This document shows, piece after piece, positions 50,690 to 64,000 of a stretch of DNA of 64,000 bases. Below the pieces are notes generated by a model that saw nothing but the letters and a program-made list of their open reading frames with translations, was not told the DNA's origin and did not search any database. Every line of letters begins with the position of its first letter. The first letter of the stretch is position 1. Both the position numbers and the translations under genes were made by a program. The DNA lies in assembly GCA_964658305.1 (NCBI GenBank), contig OZ210884.1, forward strand, positions 7,998,001 through 8,062,000, written 5' to 3'. This DNA comes from Leptogorgia sarmentosa. Lineage: Eukaryota.

Positions 50690-51912
50690 ATATAAAACAT
50701 AAAACTTGAATGGTTTAATGATACGCAGTCAGACCAAAACATTTCACTGTACCACAACGTTGCAAGTCTGATACTGTGTTGTAAATATACCTTTTTCTTG
50801 TGTATTAATGTTAGTAAAACATTGCCGGTCAAATATTTCTGAAAACCGCGCATTACTATCCATTGTTCTTGAAATGAAGAATTGCCGTAAATAGGTCGTA
50901 AATTTGGTGTTATTTTAACACCCTAAAATTAACAGTGTCTATACTGGAATATCAAATATCTCATATAATGTCTATACTCGAATATCACGGAGTAACGAGT
51001 GATTCCCATCTTCAATCGACTGATACTGAATACAAGCATTACAAAGTATCTCTAAAAATTCCGATCTATCTGTACATATTTGCAAGTATGATACGAGTCT
51101 CTCTGCACTAAGCTCTATAAAACAGTCTACAGCACATGAAAACATTCCTGGGTCATTATAAACAGTACAACAATACAATACAAATACATTCCTGGCCAAA
51201 CCGCTGCTGAAACGTGATACCGACGTTGACATGTTTACAAATTCAGAAATGAACAATGTATCAAATTTGCTACATGTGGGACAGGTGCAGTACAACAGCT
51301 GTTCAATACTGTAAAGTGTTAATATTGCCGTGTATAACCCAATTGAAATTCTGTTATTTTCTTTCAATTTTCTGATACAAGTTAGCGATGCTCTTGGTTA
51401 CTGTACAAATTTTTGGGGCTGAGTCTGTCAATCCCGTATGTAAATGAATTATGTATGAGTATGTAAACACTTGAAATAAACACTTGAACAATGCTTGAAG
51501 TCTTGAGCAAATGTTATAACCTTGAAAATCACCAATTAAAAAGTTTTCTATGCACAAATTAATACAAAATTGAAAACTCACCGAGATTGATCTTCTGAAG
51601 AATTATTTGTTTTCGAAACGTTCTCTGGAGAATGAACTTGTGAGAAGTGCGCATGCTCAAAAACTTTCATATTGGAAGAAGTGCGCATGCTCAAAAACTT
51701 TCATATTGGAAGAATGCGCATGCTCAAAAACTGCATGACCCAAATGACCCAAATTTTTTATTTGATCGAACTTTTTTCACCCCGATGATACGAAAATTCT
51801 ACACGCCCCCCACGGTCGACTACATTTGCTTCCTCGGGTTTTGGCCCCCTGCGGGGGCAATAAGAAAGTACCCCCAACCCCATTCAGCAAACTACCATAG
51901 GCCTAATTAGTT
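50690..51912 (-). mobile_element. Decayed Helitron/Helentron-like element end with broken ORF
   Basis: GC hairpin GCCCCC-TGC-GGGGGC (~51845-51859) near a terminus ending ...ggcctaattag|tttt; 34-bp tandem repeats; interrupted minus-strand ORF (YNDPGMFSCAVDCFIEL...LRDIR / TYLRQ...SNARFSEIF). Class assignment is inference. Confidence 0.45.
51643..51732 (+). repeat. 34-bp tandem repeat x2.6
   Basis: agaagtgcgcatgctcaaaaactttcatattgga at 51643 and 51677, partial at 51711. Confidence 0.92.
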
Positions 51913-52681
51913 TTATTCTGGTGTATTTGCAAGGGAACCTTTTTTTGCGGATAAGTACAAAAAACCTTAGATTAAATTTCTCGGACTGATTTCATCACCC
52001 TGTCAAAACAAATCCCTTATAATACTTACACGCCTACATGCTTTAAAAAACAAGTTTTGTCAATACTGCCGGCAGTTAAATATAAAACAATTACACAAAC
52101 ACCAAATATTGTAAGTGGGTGGCTCATCACGGACACCTGAGGCTATTGTTGATGAGGGAGAATGTTTTAGTAAGAATCAGAGATCAAACATGAAAATATT
52201 GCAAGAAACAATTTGAAAAAAGGAGACATTGTCTTTAACAAAAATTCGCATGTTTTGCTACTCGTCTATCGAGGAATTGATAGTAATTATAGTAGCCAAT
52301 GAAATTGCAGCATTTGCAATAGTGTAGTAGTATGATTCTACTAAAACATGTTATATATTGCAACCAGATGTCACACTCACTATAAGTAGGTGTGAAATTT
52401 GTGTCCACAATTCTTGGGTGATCATAAACACTGCGCATGCTCTGTGGTGGCGTCGATGGCAGACACTAGCGTGCTGCGTTGGCGTGGACATGGCGTGGAT
52501 GGTAGTTGCTATGTAGGCGCATTCAGGGATTAAATATCGGAGATATTTTGGCAAGTGAGACATCTGGTTAGAACATGCGATCTCTTCGATAAGTAACAGC
52601 ACACGTGGCCAGCGTAGGTAGCACTTCAGGATAAGGAACAAGAGCAGGAAGGATAATCTCACTACCTAAACGATAAAACAG

Positions 52682-52717
52682 ATTCGACGTTTCGACCGAA
52701 GGGCCTTCGTCGGGAAT
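52682..52717 (-). ncRNA. Minimal type I hammerhead ribozyme-like motif (Penelope-like element type), U4C core variant
   Basis: Minus strand reads AUUC-CCGACGA-A-GGCC(CUUC)GGUC-GAAA-CG-UC/GAAU: stem I AUUC:GAAU, stem II GGCC:GGUC, palindromic ACGU stem III. Confidence 0.6.
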
Positions 52718-55700
52718 TAGTAGAATTAGTGAGTAGTAGGTAGTGAGATCACCCTTCTTGCTCTTGTTCGTTATTCTGTCCCATACGTGCATGGCAAAAA
52801 GTACATCATACTTGTTGACTTGACGAGAAAAATTTTATGACCTGTTTTCAATTTAGCTCAGAAATTATTTCCGGGCGTATCTCTTACACAGTAATTGTTT
52901 TCTATAAATCGCAATTATCATTGCAGTACCACCGAATGTCAGAAATGGCACCATGCACAGAAATGTTAAAAAAGCTCCATTCACGTAGTATGGTTTTTCC
53001 ATCTTAACGGGAGAATCTGCTCAAGCTACTAACGTTCTTAGCTTCGACGTTCCGAAAATAACTTTAACTGAATTAGTTGTATTGCACAAGGTCAAATTGA
53101 GTGACACGTGTTGTTTTCACGGCAAAAAAAAAAAATCAATTCTGCATAATATTTTCCGCCATGTGGGAAAAGCCCACGAAATGACGTGAAATTAAAAATG
53201 TATATAGTTCAAGGGAGCGTGGGTGGACATAATGTTGGCAGTCATTTGAACAAATAATTTACAAATGGTTTCTTTGGCAACTGTTTACTTTAGTAATGTC
53301 AATTCCATCAGCATTGTCGTGGGCTTGTGCAATACCTGAGCAAACCATAGATACGTTGGCATGATGACCAATTAATAGTGAGCCCGCAGTACTGGCTTCA
53401 CGCTCCTGCGGTTACCCTGTATGGTATTGTGTAGTAGTATGAATATGTGTAGTTTTCAGTTGTGAAATGTAACTATGACTGAAAGAAATTAAATTACAAA
53501 AAAGCTAAGTTTCAATATAAGAGTTCGTTTACAATTTCTTTTGCTATTTTCGGTGCGATTTTCTCCTTTAGATAGATGCAAACGAGTGGATTAATAATAA
53601 ATGCGCTGATGGAGTGCATCAGTGCCTCCTCACCAATCTCCTCGCCCAACGTTCTCGCATTTGTAGCTGGTTCGTACTCACTCACATCCATCAAAAGGAG
53701 AAAATCGCACCATAAAATCATTAAATTTGCCTACAGTGTAGCTTCAGTTGTCTGTACGTCTACGCTGACTTTTAAATTATCTTATGAATGTTATAGCTGC
53801 GTGAAGACCTAATTACATAGGACACCTCAAGTACCATTTGAAAACATATATATTATGTGTAAATTAATTTGTTAGGTACGTTCGAATTTGCTCATTAAAT
53901 AAATTCACGTTTTCACACCCTAATCCTCTCGCTACTTCTCACGATAATCCGAAGCATATCGTTATCCTACACAGACGCCGGATTTAATTAATCCGATAAC
54001 TCGTCTAACACCTAATCCTAACTCGTAATCCTAACTGCAGTCTGGTAGACAGAGAAACTGTTCGGCGCCATTGAAATCCCACTCTCATTGTCCTGCTGAA
54101 ATTGCGAAATTACACTGTTTGCATTTTTGATAAGTTGTGTCGTTTGTGTTCTGAAGCAGTCGTGCGTCCTATTTGACTATTGCGAAGGTGTTAATTGTTT
54201 CCAAAGTCATTCACAAACTCCGCCTCGCGACTTCTATTGAATTCAGTTGTCGGCACACGCGTAAATAATTGCTTATAAATCAATTGAAATCTAATATTGA
54301 TACAGAAACGACGCTTATAGCTTCACCACTGTATTATTGTGCGACAAATATTAGTGTTAGCAACCAAAACTGTATGGAGATCATGCATATATTAACTAGA
54401 TAAATATTGACGAGTGACGAGTGTGGGTAGGGTTGGGGATCAGAGGGTGTAACCTTTGCCAAAAATATTAAAACCCTAATGAATGCAGAAGGCTTGGCAG
54501 AGAACGAATAAACTAATATAAATGGACTGATTATTGAATAAGTAAACTAGTGTAAAATAGACCAATGCCAGATAGTGTTTACACAAGACAAATTATTGTA
54601 GATCAATATATTGCATGCTAGAGTGGCTTTTTTTAACATTCTTGCTTATCTCTAGCCATCCGCCTATCCTTCAACTAAGCAAACATTTGTCAAGGACAAA
54701 GATAATTGTTTTCCGGAGAAAAGAAGAGTACTCTTATAGCAATGTTTTAATTTAGTCATAAACATCCGTGCCTTGAAATGGATACATGTCCTGTAGAACC
54801 AACCTCGTACCCAGGCTCTTTGCTCTGTAGAACCTCGGTTGACATCATTGCATGCTTGGAGAAATGTTAGTTCGCGTGTCGCGTTTCCTGATCGTGATAA
54901 GCTGCTATTCCGCACTCTTGTGTTATAGTTTCCGCACTTGAGATGACGCGTTCCAATTAAGTGGCGAGACTTAACAATCATGGATGCGAGAAATTTGAAC
55001 TTTGCTCTTTTGTGTGTGATCATGGTTAGATTCTGCGGTTGTCCCAGTGCTTATGCCACCCAATAACAACTTGTAGTCTTGTATATAGACCTATTCATTA
55101 GCCTCGTTCCCACGTTTTTTCGTCTTGGTTTTCCGAGTGCACATGAAGGTTATATTCGCACGATTACAAAACTAACTCTCGATGCTCTGAACTCTCGAAC
55201 CAGATTCAGTTGAAAATATCAGATAATCAGATAATCAGACAATTAGACCAACTAGACATGCCATGAAAATATGCCTAATTATTTAGTTCACGTGACAATC
55301 CTATACACTCTACTCTCATATTATTCCAGACACTTGGATGGTGTGAATCAGCTATTAACACATAAATGAAATTAGAAATGCTATCAACGGATCCGAGTGA
55401 AATTTTTTGCAGGGAGAGGGACTCTAAAGCTTACTAATGCGGCGGCCTTGAAATTCGACAATGTGACTTTTACATTATATCTTATTATGTATATAAAACT
55501 AGAATCAGAGTGGCCAAATAAGAGGATCTTACAGTAGACAGAAGAATGCTAACAGATATGTTGTTGAAGTGTTTTAAAAATATCTGTTGTTGCCATTTTG
55601 AACTGGCGGAAATGACGCCAGAAAATGCATACTTTATTTTTGGATGGCAAAGACGATTGTTCTGAAATGGATTAGCTTAACACTATACAGCGTTAATTCA

Positions 55701-58597
55701 AAATTCAAAGCGAATTAAATTTTCCAGCAGAAATTTGGTTTGAATCAGTATAGAATGCTGGTCGGTGATTATAGAATGAATGGTCTAAATCTGGCCGAAA
55801 ATGAGATGTTGAACAAATGTGGATCCTGCTCGAGGCAATAAAGTTTCCGTTTTACACTGCATAGTGTCAGATTTGAATATGAATTAGGCTAATTTTTTCT
55901 TGTCCAATCTCCATGCAGAAAATGGTTTTGAAAACGAATTGAAATATACTGACGTTCTTTAACAAAAGTTTAGTCAGGTTGGTTCGAAATAATCGTGTAA
56001 TCTAATTGAATACACACTCACCACCAATCGATTCAGATTCAGTAAAGCAATGCTTTAAAACCCCGAAATTTACATGAGTTCGAATCCCAGTCCTATAGCT
56101 AACGAATTTTTCGCTTTAATACACTATTTGTGTTACCAAAAACCGAAATCTGTAAGTCCACTTTTCTTGGCACACATTGCGTGCTCAAAAGTCATTCAAC
56201 TGGTTCGATTTAATTAGCCAACAATTAATTGCGACACACGCCGTCACGGTCAGCAAGATGCTGACAGGAAATCGACGTAAAATCTGTTTGTTCAAATCTT
56301 AAAAATGCACAGATTTATTATTTTGCAAACCACACAAACGTCAGAATATAGACTAGAAATTCCACACCAAAACAAAGTTCATTTGAACTTTACAATGAAG
56401 AAACTACCTCAATATCCGCTTAGGCTAACCCAAAAATGCATGAATCAGCAATTGAAACAAAACGTCGAAAAGCTGTTTAGTTTAACACCGTCGCTTAACT
56501 TAAAACACAAAGCCAATTTTCCAACAGTTTGTTTATGCCCTTATGAAATATTTCTTCAGAAATCTCATCAGGATCAATAAGAGTTTTCTTCTTTAAAGTT
56601 TTGAAGTAAACAGTTGTGCAGAAACAAGCAAACTAGAAGAATGTGTTGAATCAATCTCAATAGTTTTATTGGATAATAATCTCCAAATGGAAGGAGTGGG
56701 AACGGGACTCAAGGTTCGAGCAATTTTCGATTAGCAATTTTCTATTCAAATTTTCTAAATTCGTCATGAAGTATATATTTTACTTTCAATTGTTTCCAAA
56801 TTTCTGGCAGAGTTATTTATTAACATGATAAAACAAGCTTCCTATTAGCTGATCGAGCGCGAAGTTACGTCAATTGAAAAAGTTTATTATTTGGCATCAG
56901 GTATATACCATGCATGCATGGTAAACTTTAATTTATCTGTCCTCGTAAGTTGATTTTCAGATCATGAAAAGATGCTAAGTTGTTTCAGATGTTACGTCCA
57001 AGATGCTTTTCATTCGTCTCTTGACGTCTTGTGACGTCACGTCATGCCTCCCGAAGAAAAGTTTCCTTCCGGGGAACGCACAGCATCAATCAGGAGTCAC
57101 CCTGTCTTTCTGTAAAACTTGCAAGCAGAAGTTTTTGCTATACCGAATTCTCACTGAATTCCAACCACAACGCTAGCAACATTTATAAACATACCTCAGC
57201 TGAAGTTAAAAATAAATGATACAATTAGCCAAAACTGTTTTCAAGCACAAAGCTTGCCCAAATGTAAAAGACGCACAAGAACAGAAATGATAATTTTGCT
57301 CAATTACTTTCTATTTTGGTCTCCTATCCAGAGACACGCACGTTTTTCTTGAGAGCGTCAGTCATCTTTCGCATTGTTCTTGATAATTTATTTGACAGTT
57401 CTGTTTTTTAAGTTTTATTGCCTCGGGTGAACAAAAGGATTACTACGTGAACGGCTTTTGTTGTCATTAAAACTTAAAATAAGAAAGGTGCATGTCCAAA
57501 TCTTGTCAGCTTCATTCATATCAAGTGGTGGTTAATTTTCAAATAATGTCCTGTATGATCATCGAGATCACGTTACAAAAACAACGCTTCTAAAAGGAAT
57601 ATGTACTCGTCATACAATGGCAATAAAACTGGCTGGCATAAACACAATTCGAATTATTTACGGGTATACCGTGAAAGATTAACAAAGAATGTTTGTGCAT
57701 GTGCATCTGTTACTGGTCATTTAATGACGAGGAATTTGATGAAAAACATGCAGGTGTACATGTAGCTTTGTTTTTTTCACAATCATATCTTCACTGCGTG
57801 ACCAAGGGTTTGTGTGACTAAAGCAGGGGAGTCTAAATTGACGTATATTTAAAATTAATGATAATTCCAAATAAGGGGTGCATATATTCTGAACTCATAT
57901 ATAGTTTAAGTTTGTATATTTAAAATCTATCAATTGATTTTCAATAAATTAAATGTTAGCAAAGAATTGAGTTAACTATTGAGTTTCAAAATATCTTCAA
58001 TCTTTATATCATTTTGTCCAGTATTTACTGCGATTGAAGAAAGCAAGATATTTTGAAAATTATTAATAATTTTTGACAGTGAAAGTAAAACAGATCGAAT
58101 GTAAACAATAACAAGGGATTGTGACAGCAACCTTGAAATTAAGCTCTTGCTTAATTTAGTTGTCAACATTCAGTCAATGAATTGTTCATAAAATGTCATT
58201 GGAAAAGTGCTGTTTAACCAAAAAATTTACATAGCCAAGGTCCTGTCACATTCAGCTCTCCGCCATCTTGGATTTATTCTTAACGTGAATAGTGACTTTA
58301 GTGACTTCAGTCTTCGGAGTATAGGGGTGGATTAATCTCATCGAAGTACTTCCAAATTCAGAATAATAACAAAAAACCGTGTGATGCAACATACGTGCAA
58401 AGATTGGGCAAAAAAAAGATTTGGCATTTTTTTGTGTAATTAACAAATAGCCTCCATGTATTTCTTCCAGGATTGTAGAACAACATACAAATTGAAAACA
58501 ACTCATGAAAATGAAATTTAAGCGATTTCCTCCTCCCTTTATATTAGAGCAATGGAAAGAACGACCTTGTATCTAAAAAGTTCAACATTGTGTAGAT

Positions 58598-58647
58598 GGG
58601 GGGGGGGATTGGGAGATGGGGGAGGGGGAGGGGGAGGGGGAGGGGGG
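58598..58647 (+). repeat. G-rich (GGGGGA)n tract, G-quadruplex-capable
   Basis: Seven runs of three or more G separated by 1-4 nt. Confidence 0.75.
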
Positions 58648-60263
58648 AAAAGTGAATGGGAGAAAAACTACGAATAGAACCAGGCTGCCAGGCCCTGAAA
58701 TATTATATGCATGGATTATTATATAATTATTTATTACGCTTCAATTTATTATATGAAAGTTATAGTATTGTGCAATTTTACAATTATTATAATTAATTAC
58801 AGATTATTACCATGCATTCTACATATACATGTGCATTTAGCATTATACTATTAAGGTATTCTACTACATACAACTAAAAACTACTTAAAAATGTTCACCT
58901 TTCAAAGGTAACTTTCTTCATTTTCAGAATAAAAACAGATGCATTCAATCATTTGCGCTTTAAAATGCATGCATTCTCAATTGAACCAGGTCTGGGACTA
59001 GTTGTCAGATAGAAATCCAATTTTTCTGAAAAACCGAATATCTCCCATAGTATATTTTATTTCGATTCCATATTTTTGTCAGAGCTATATAGTCCTCATA
59101 GTTTTCATAAAGAATAAAGAAAGATATAATCGAGCGAATACAGCAAAATGGATTTCTATCCGGGCAACCCTTTCTGAGCGCTGATTGGCTGAAACACGGA
59201 TATGAGATCACTTGGACTATGTTCGTAAAACACAAATGAGGATTTTTACCGATAAACTACTTTTACCTACTTTAACTTGTTTGTAATAAACCTTGTTGAA
59301 CTTTCACAGAAAGTCAGCTCTGATCAGAAAACAACTAAACTCACAGAAGCTTGAAGTGTAAATTTTACACTGGTGCCAAATTAATATAGTGCAATAATAT
59401 ATTGTCTAATTACAGAGTGCGTGCATCATAACTTAGCTGCAGTTGAAACTGCAGGCAATTCGAAATTCACAATCAAGAGCGAGTTCAAAGATCGTCTTCT
59501 TAGAAGTCTGTTGTATGACTTTTTTAGCAGTTGAAATATTATCTATATTGTGTATACCTATCGTGCAACTGCTTATTATCCATTCCATAAGGCAAATGTT
59601 TCAACATAGACGCCCATGCATGTGCAAACGTGTAATCCAAAAACATTGTATGCATTAGCAAATTAGCAGCTTATAATTTTTGTTTATAAGTAATAATGCC
59701 CTGTTGGCGACACACTGACGATCTTATAAAACCACGCCTTAGTTAGTTTTCAAAATTGTAACTCGACGCTGCATGATAATGTATGATATTGCAGTAATTG
59801 CACATATGTTTTGTTGAATGACATATTGTGCTATATGAAGTGGGACTATTAGACTAAGTGCTTTAGTATATACATGAATATAAATTGTTTGCTCCGATGC
59901 TCCGGACTTCGCAGCCGATGTTATAAACACAGTGTGTTAATAGAACTACTGAAGCATCGCTTTAACTTGAAGCATATTTGTTAATCCCTTATCATGTTTT
60001 CTGCTAGGATTTATCTGCTTGAATCGCAGTATTGAATCGCGTTAACCTAACGCTTTGTTGGACGTGCTTGCTAGCTAAGGTGTTTTCTCGGCCTACCAGA
60101 TACATTGAACACTTACGGTTGTTCCATAATCGATTAATTTAACAAAGCGATTTTCATTCTTGTTCGTGGAAATTCTTCTAAAAAGCACTCCAATCTTATC
60201 TCATAATCCATGAATAGAACGCGCGATGATAACGATTTATCTGACAGCTGTCTTTCAAATTTC

Positions 60264-60826
60264 TCAAAACGACAAATTATCGTTCTGCATTTCTAAGACC
60301 TTTTTCAAGAGCTGATCTTTGCGGTTCTTTTGTATCCTAATCTGCTGTATAAGACTCCTTTCTTCAGCCTGCAGGTGCAAGATATAGTTGTATGCTTTTT
60401 GAAGAATTGAAACTTTTGGTGCCCTGTCGTTGCCACAAATGTCAGGAATTGCGTCCCTGAGATATTGAAAACGCAATTTGAGTTCATTTCTTCTTTTTCG
60501 TTCCAAAACATTATGTGTGGCTCGGCCAAGTATTTCACAGTCCAGGTCAGATTCATCTCCTGATAAAACTCGTGTTTTTTGTTCAGTACAATTTTCTTTA
60601 TCTGAATCGCTATTACTAGATCTTCTTCTCTTTGTTCCAGAACGAAGGTTGCAAGAGTAATCATGATCAGTGTTTTCCGATTGTGGCGCGCTTTTTACAG
60701 GAATCGAAGGAGATGCATTGTCACATTTTTCACCAGATTCCGACTCTTCTTCTTTCATATTTTCCTCCTTTTCGTCGGCTTTTTGGTTTCCTTCTAATCC
60801 AACGACATCTACTTCTACTTCTTCAT
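60264..60826 (-). CDS. myc: Myc-family bHLH-ZIP gene B, last coding exon only (5' part not found in window)
   Basis: Acceptor TTTTCTAGCAG|; reads (D)EEVEVDVVG (MBIIIb), DHDY, RATHNVLERKRRNELKLRFQYLRDAIPDICGNDRAPKVSILQKAYNYI plus zipper; stop at 60264-66. Confidence 0.88.
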
Positions 60827-63800
60827 CTGCTAGAAAATATCAGAGAAATGATGTGAATAATTTATTTAAATCGGAATGAGTTCGCATACATTATATAGGT
60901 AATATCACAAGAGGTTTGCGAATATTTGCAGTATTAGTACTCTCTTTAGGTTTGAAAAATCATAATTTGCAATGATATCTAGAATATGGAGATCCTGATG
61001 AATCCGGACGTTTTTCTATCCAGTTTTTGTATTAGTTTTTGGGATTGGATAATGGTGAAGCCAAATTACAGACAAAGCTATAGAGATCAGTTTTTTGGTT
61101 TAATGCGCGGGAATTTAGCTACGTGAAACTTCTTCCAATATATATTCGCTTACAATACTCTAGTCAGCTGAAATTATAATGAAGTTTAGTACCGCATTGC
61201 GTACAACAATTTTCGAATCTTATTCAAATTCCGGATCATACATAAAGAAACTGCATGACAATTAGTTAAGGAGGTAAAAACGCAAACAATGTATCGATGA
61301 TCGGTCCGTGTAAAACTTTCGCCGCAAAGAAAACTATTGAAGAGTTTGCGTGATTTCGTGCAAGATGTGCGTGTTTTGTCGTCTTACCGACCTAGACATT
61401 TTGGTACCAGTTTACCGCGGATTGCTATTTTCAACTGCTGAACCGACAGAATAAGATTCATGGGGGGTGTCGCACTTGCAACCCTCCTCCTTCCGTTACC
61501 TACACACGCTAAAAAGCGAGTTTCAGCAAAAAAGCGAGTTTTAATTTGTTTACGCTATAACATAGTTTGAAACAGCATGTTAATTGTTGTGGCATACAAA
61601 AGAACTCAATCTTTATAAAGATTTTCCTGGTTTATATAAACTTTTTCCTCCGCTTACTTTTCTCCACATGCAGAAAAACTCTTAACATGCATTCACACAA
61701 CCGATAAAAATTATATTTGTGCCCATATACTGCAGGTCAGCTGAAACATTACATAATTGATAGGGTTGCAAGAACAACCGTTAATTCATATTGCGTGTAA
61801 ATGAGGCCTAATTCTAATTAGAGGGTGTTGCTAATTAACTCTAAAGTTATTGTAAGTACACAATAATAACTCGTACCAAAATTCGTTCTACAAAATTTTT
61901 GAACCATGCATGGTTTACATTGTATATTGCCAGGAAATTTCGATCCAAATATAGCTTGCCGCAAAAAAAAACTAATAAAACATTGTGTAACAACAACCAT
62001 TATAAAAATATTGTATAGACTTCCTACCTAGTGTAATATATTTAATTAAAAGAGATGAAACACTTTCGCTAGACATCCTGGCATTTTATCACAGGTAGGT
62101 GATACAAATGTTTAGTAAGTTCAATGCATGTTTATCAAATCACTTTCTTGATTGCAAACATGTTTTCAACGGTTTTTAGTACAGGCAATTGGGCTGGCCC
62201 TCTTTTGAACGCCAACGCTGTATCATTGACAAAAATAACTAAGGTTGAGGAAAGATTACTGATAAATGAGCTATTTCCTAAAACAATGAGGGTGCATCAT
62301 GGTAAACTGCCGCAAGAAAGATATAGTCTGCTTTCATATGTGATAGCTATATTGTTGATAGTATATCCTTTTCTACATCAACATGCAGTAAGGGGGGTAG
62401 CTACCATCGTAAAAAGTTATACAAACAATTACACTGACTAAACAAAGATGGCAAAATAACAATTATAACTATCAAGAACTGACGTACTAAAAATCCTGCC
62501 CACTGGTATGGTTTTCGCCAAGCCATGGTTATGCAGCCAGTTGTATCAATGAATTTAATTTAGTTGATTTCAATGTGCATTTGGAGGATCTAATTGTATA
62601 ATATGTTTGTTTAATATATGTACGATTATATCTCACAATATACAATGCATGATCTAAAATTTGAGTATGATTTTCACGGTAAAATATTATGCGACATCAG
62701 TCGCAAACTTTGTGATGCATAATATGCACAGCGAAAAAGTTGTCCCTAAATAGATTGTAAAACTCTAAAAGCGAAAACAATAATGAGTTTGTAGTACCCA
62801 AGCATTCTTCAATGCATGGTGTTCGAGTATACAACTAACTCGAAGGAATTAATTATTCGAAATTAGGAAAACGTATGTGAGGAAAAACAATTTGCAGCTA
62901 TTGTTGAACGTAATGTATGTTATAGCCACATTCATGACTGAGCTATAGCACGCAAGATTTCCTGCAGTGAAAGATTTTTCGCTGGCTCATGTTTTGCAGA
63001 TATTTAATTAAGAGTGTGAAAACGTCATTTCACTGATCCACATGTAGTACATGACTCAACGTTCTCTTTCCTTCACAGTTTTACTGATTCACTTAGAAAA
63101 CTAACTGAAAATCTGTTGAATCACGTCCGGTGTGTTAACGTGCATGTGCCTTTCTGACCATTCAAGTTAGGCTAGACCACATCCACACCCTTCAAACTAC
63201 GCAATGACCATAAGTTTTCTTTTATGAATCTACTTCAAATTGCGCTGACTGCAAAATTCTGCGGCAGGTCGTATATATACGTAACACGCGAATAGCGCTA
63301 TCCATTGGAAGGAAATAGGAACTTTAACCAAACTTTATAAATTGAACAATCTTTTGTGATCACCAATATTGTAAATTGGATACTTGATCAGTGCTAACAT
63401 TCCAGCTTTCGTACACAGCTCTGTCAGAGGCTAGAGGGCCGGACGCATGTTTATAGTTGAATGATGGCTAACTATATACTTTTTACACAATGCAGTACTA
63501 TTAGCTACAGATTTCTATGCGATTATCTTCAGACTTCTAACTCCAAGTTGAAAAGAATATGGAACTGAGTAATCGTTTTCCGATTTTGTCCTTTACAGGA
63601 CTCTTGGTTTCTCTTCTTATTTTGTCCTTTCAAGGGCTCCAGTCGATAAAGACAAAACAGAAATCATCCGCAAGGACACATCAATTATAACAGCTAAGGT
63701 TTCAATCAAGTTTGTACATATAATATAGGTGCTAAGAAAGAAATTAATGATTTGCAAAAAAATCATCAAATTTGTGCGACCATGCATGCACGCGCATCAA

Positions 63801-64000
63801 TATCGACATTGGTTTTTGATGTTAGGAGAGCAGGCGTGAGCATCATCGGCAGGAAAACCAGGGGAAAAAATTGAAGAACATTTTCCACGGAGAGGGAGGA
63901 GGTAGTATCGATAGCCGCTTACCGGGTCATTTCCATGCATCTTGCGGGATTGATTAAGCAATCTGCGCTGGACATTGTTGATATGCAGTCATCTATAAGC

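Noticed and set aside
51643..51732. 34-bp repeats as a CRISPR array
   Set aside because: Units are directly adjacent with no unique spacers, there are no cas genes, and the context is eukaryotic.
33079..55293. CACGTG E-boxes around the myc genes as an autoregulatory cluster
   Set aside because: Sites are scattered rather than clustered, and several are expected by chance in this length; not supportable without conservation or ChIP data.
42095..63999. Numerous 60-130 aa ORFs, including candidates for the missing myc B upstream exon
   Set aside because: No recognisable motifs (no MBI/MBII found in 60.9-64 kb), many non-ATG starts, and composition typical of AT-rich non-coding DNA.

Overview
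AT-rich, intron-containing animal genomic DNA. An anthozoan cnidarian origin is my inference from the repeat landscape and gene style, and is not verified. The window holds, in order: two divergently transcribed rhodopsin-class GPCR genes; a cluster of inverted-repeat elements (7.3-9.2 kb); two intact 8-exon tandem paralogs (11707-16006, 25203-30276) flanking a patatin-like phospholipase gene; and two same-strand Myc-family bHLH-ZIP genes (one complete, one represented only by its last exon) separated by ~19 kb of repeat-rich non-coding DNA. The main finding is the paralog pair. Each copy splices into a ~457-aa GluR0/AvGluR1-like chimeric channel: signal peptide, periplasmic-binding-protein-like S1, M1, a canonical K+ pore TMTTVGYGD split by an intron (so invisible in the ORF track), M3 with a SYTANLAAF-like gate, S2, M4. 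The glutamate-binding residues appear to be missing, suggesting an orphan ligand-gated K+ channel family. Also seen: a shared upstream element in front of both channels and the patatin, a Penelope-type minimal hammerhead ribozyme motif, and a decayed Helitron-like element. All gene models were hand-spliced from GT-AG sites and frame consistency; no database search was possible.
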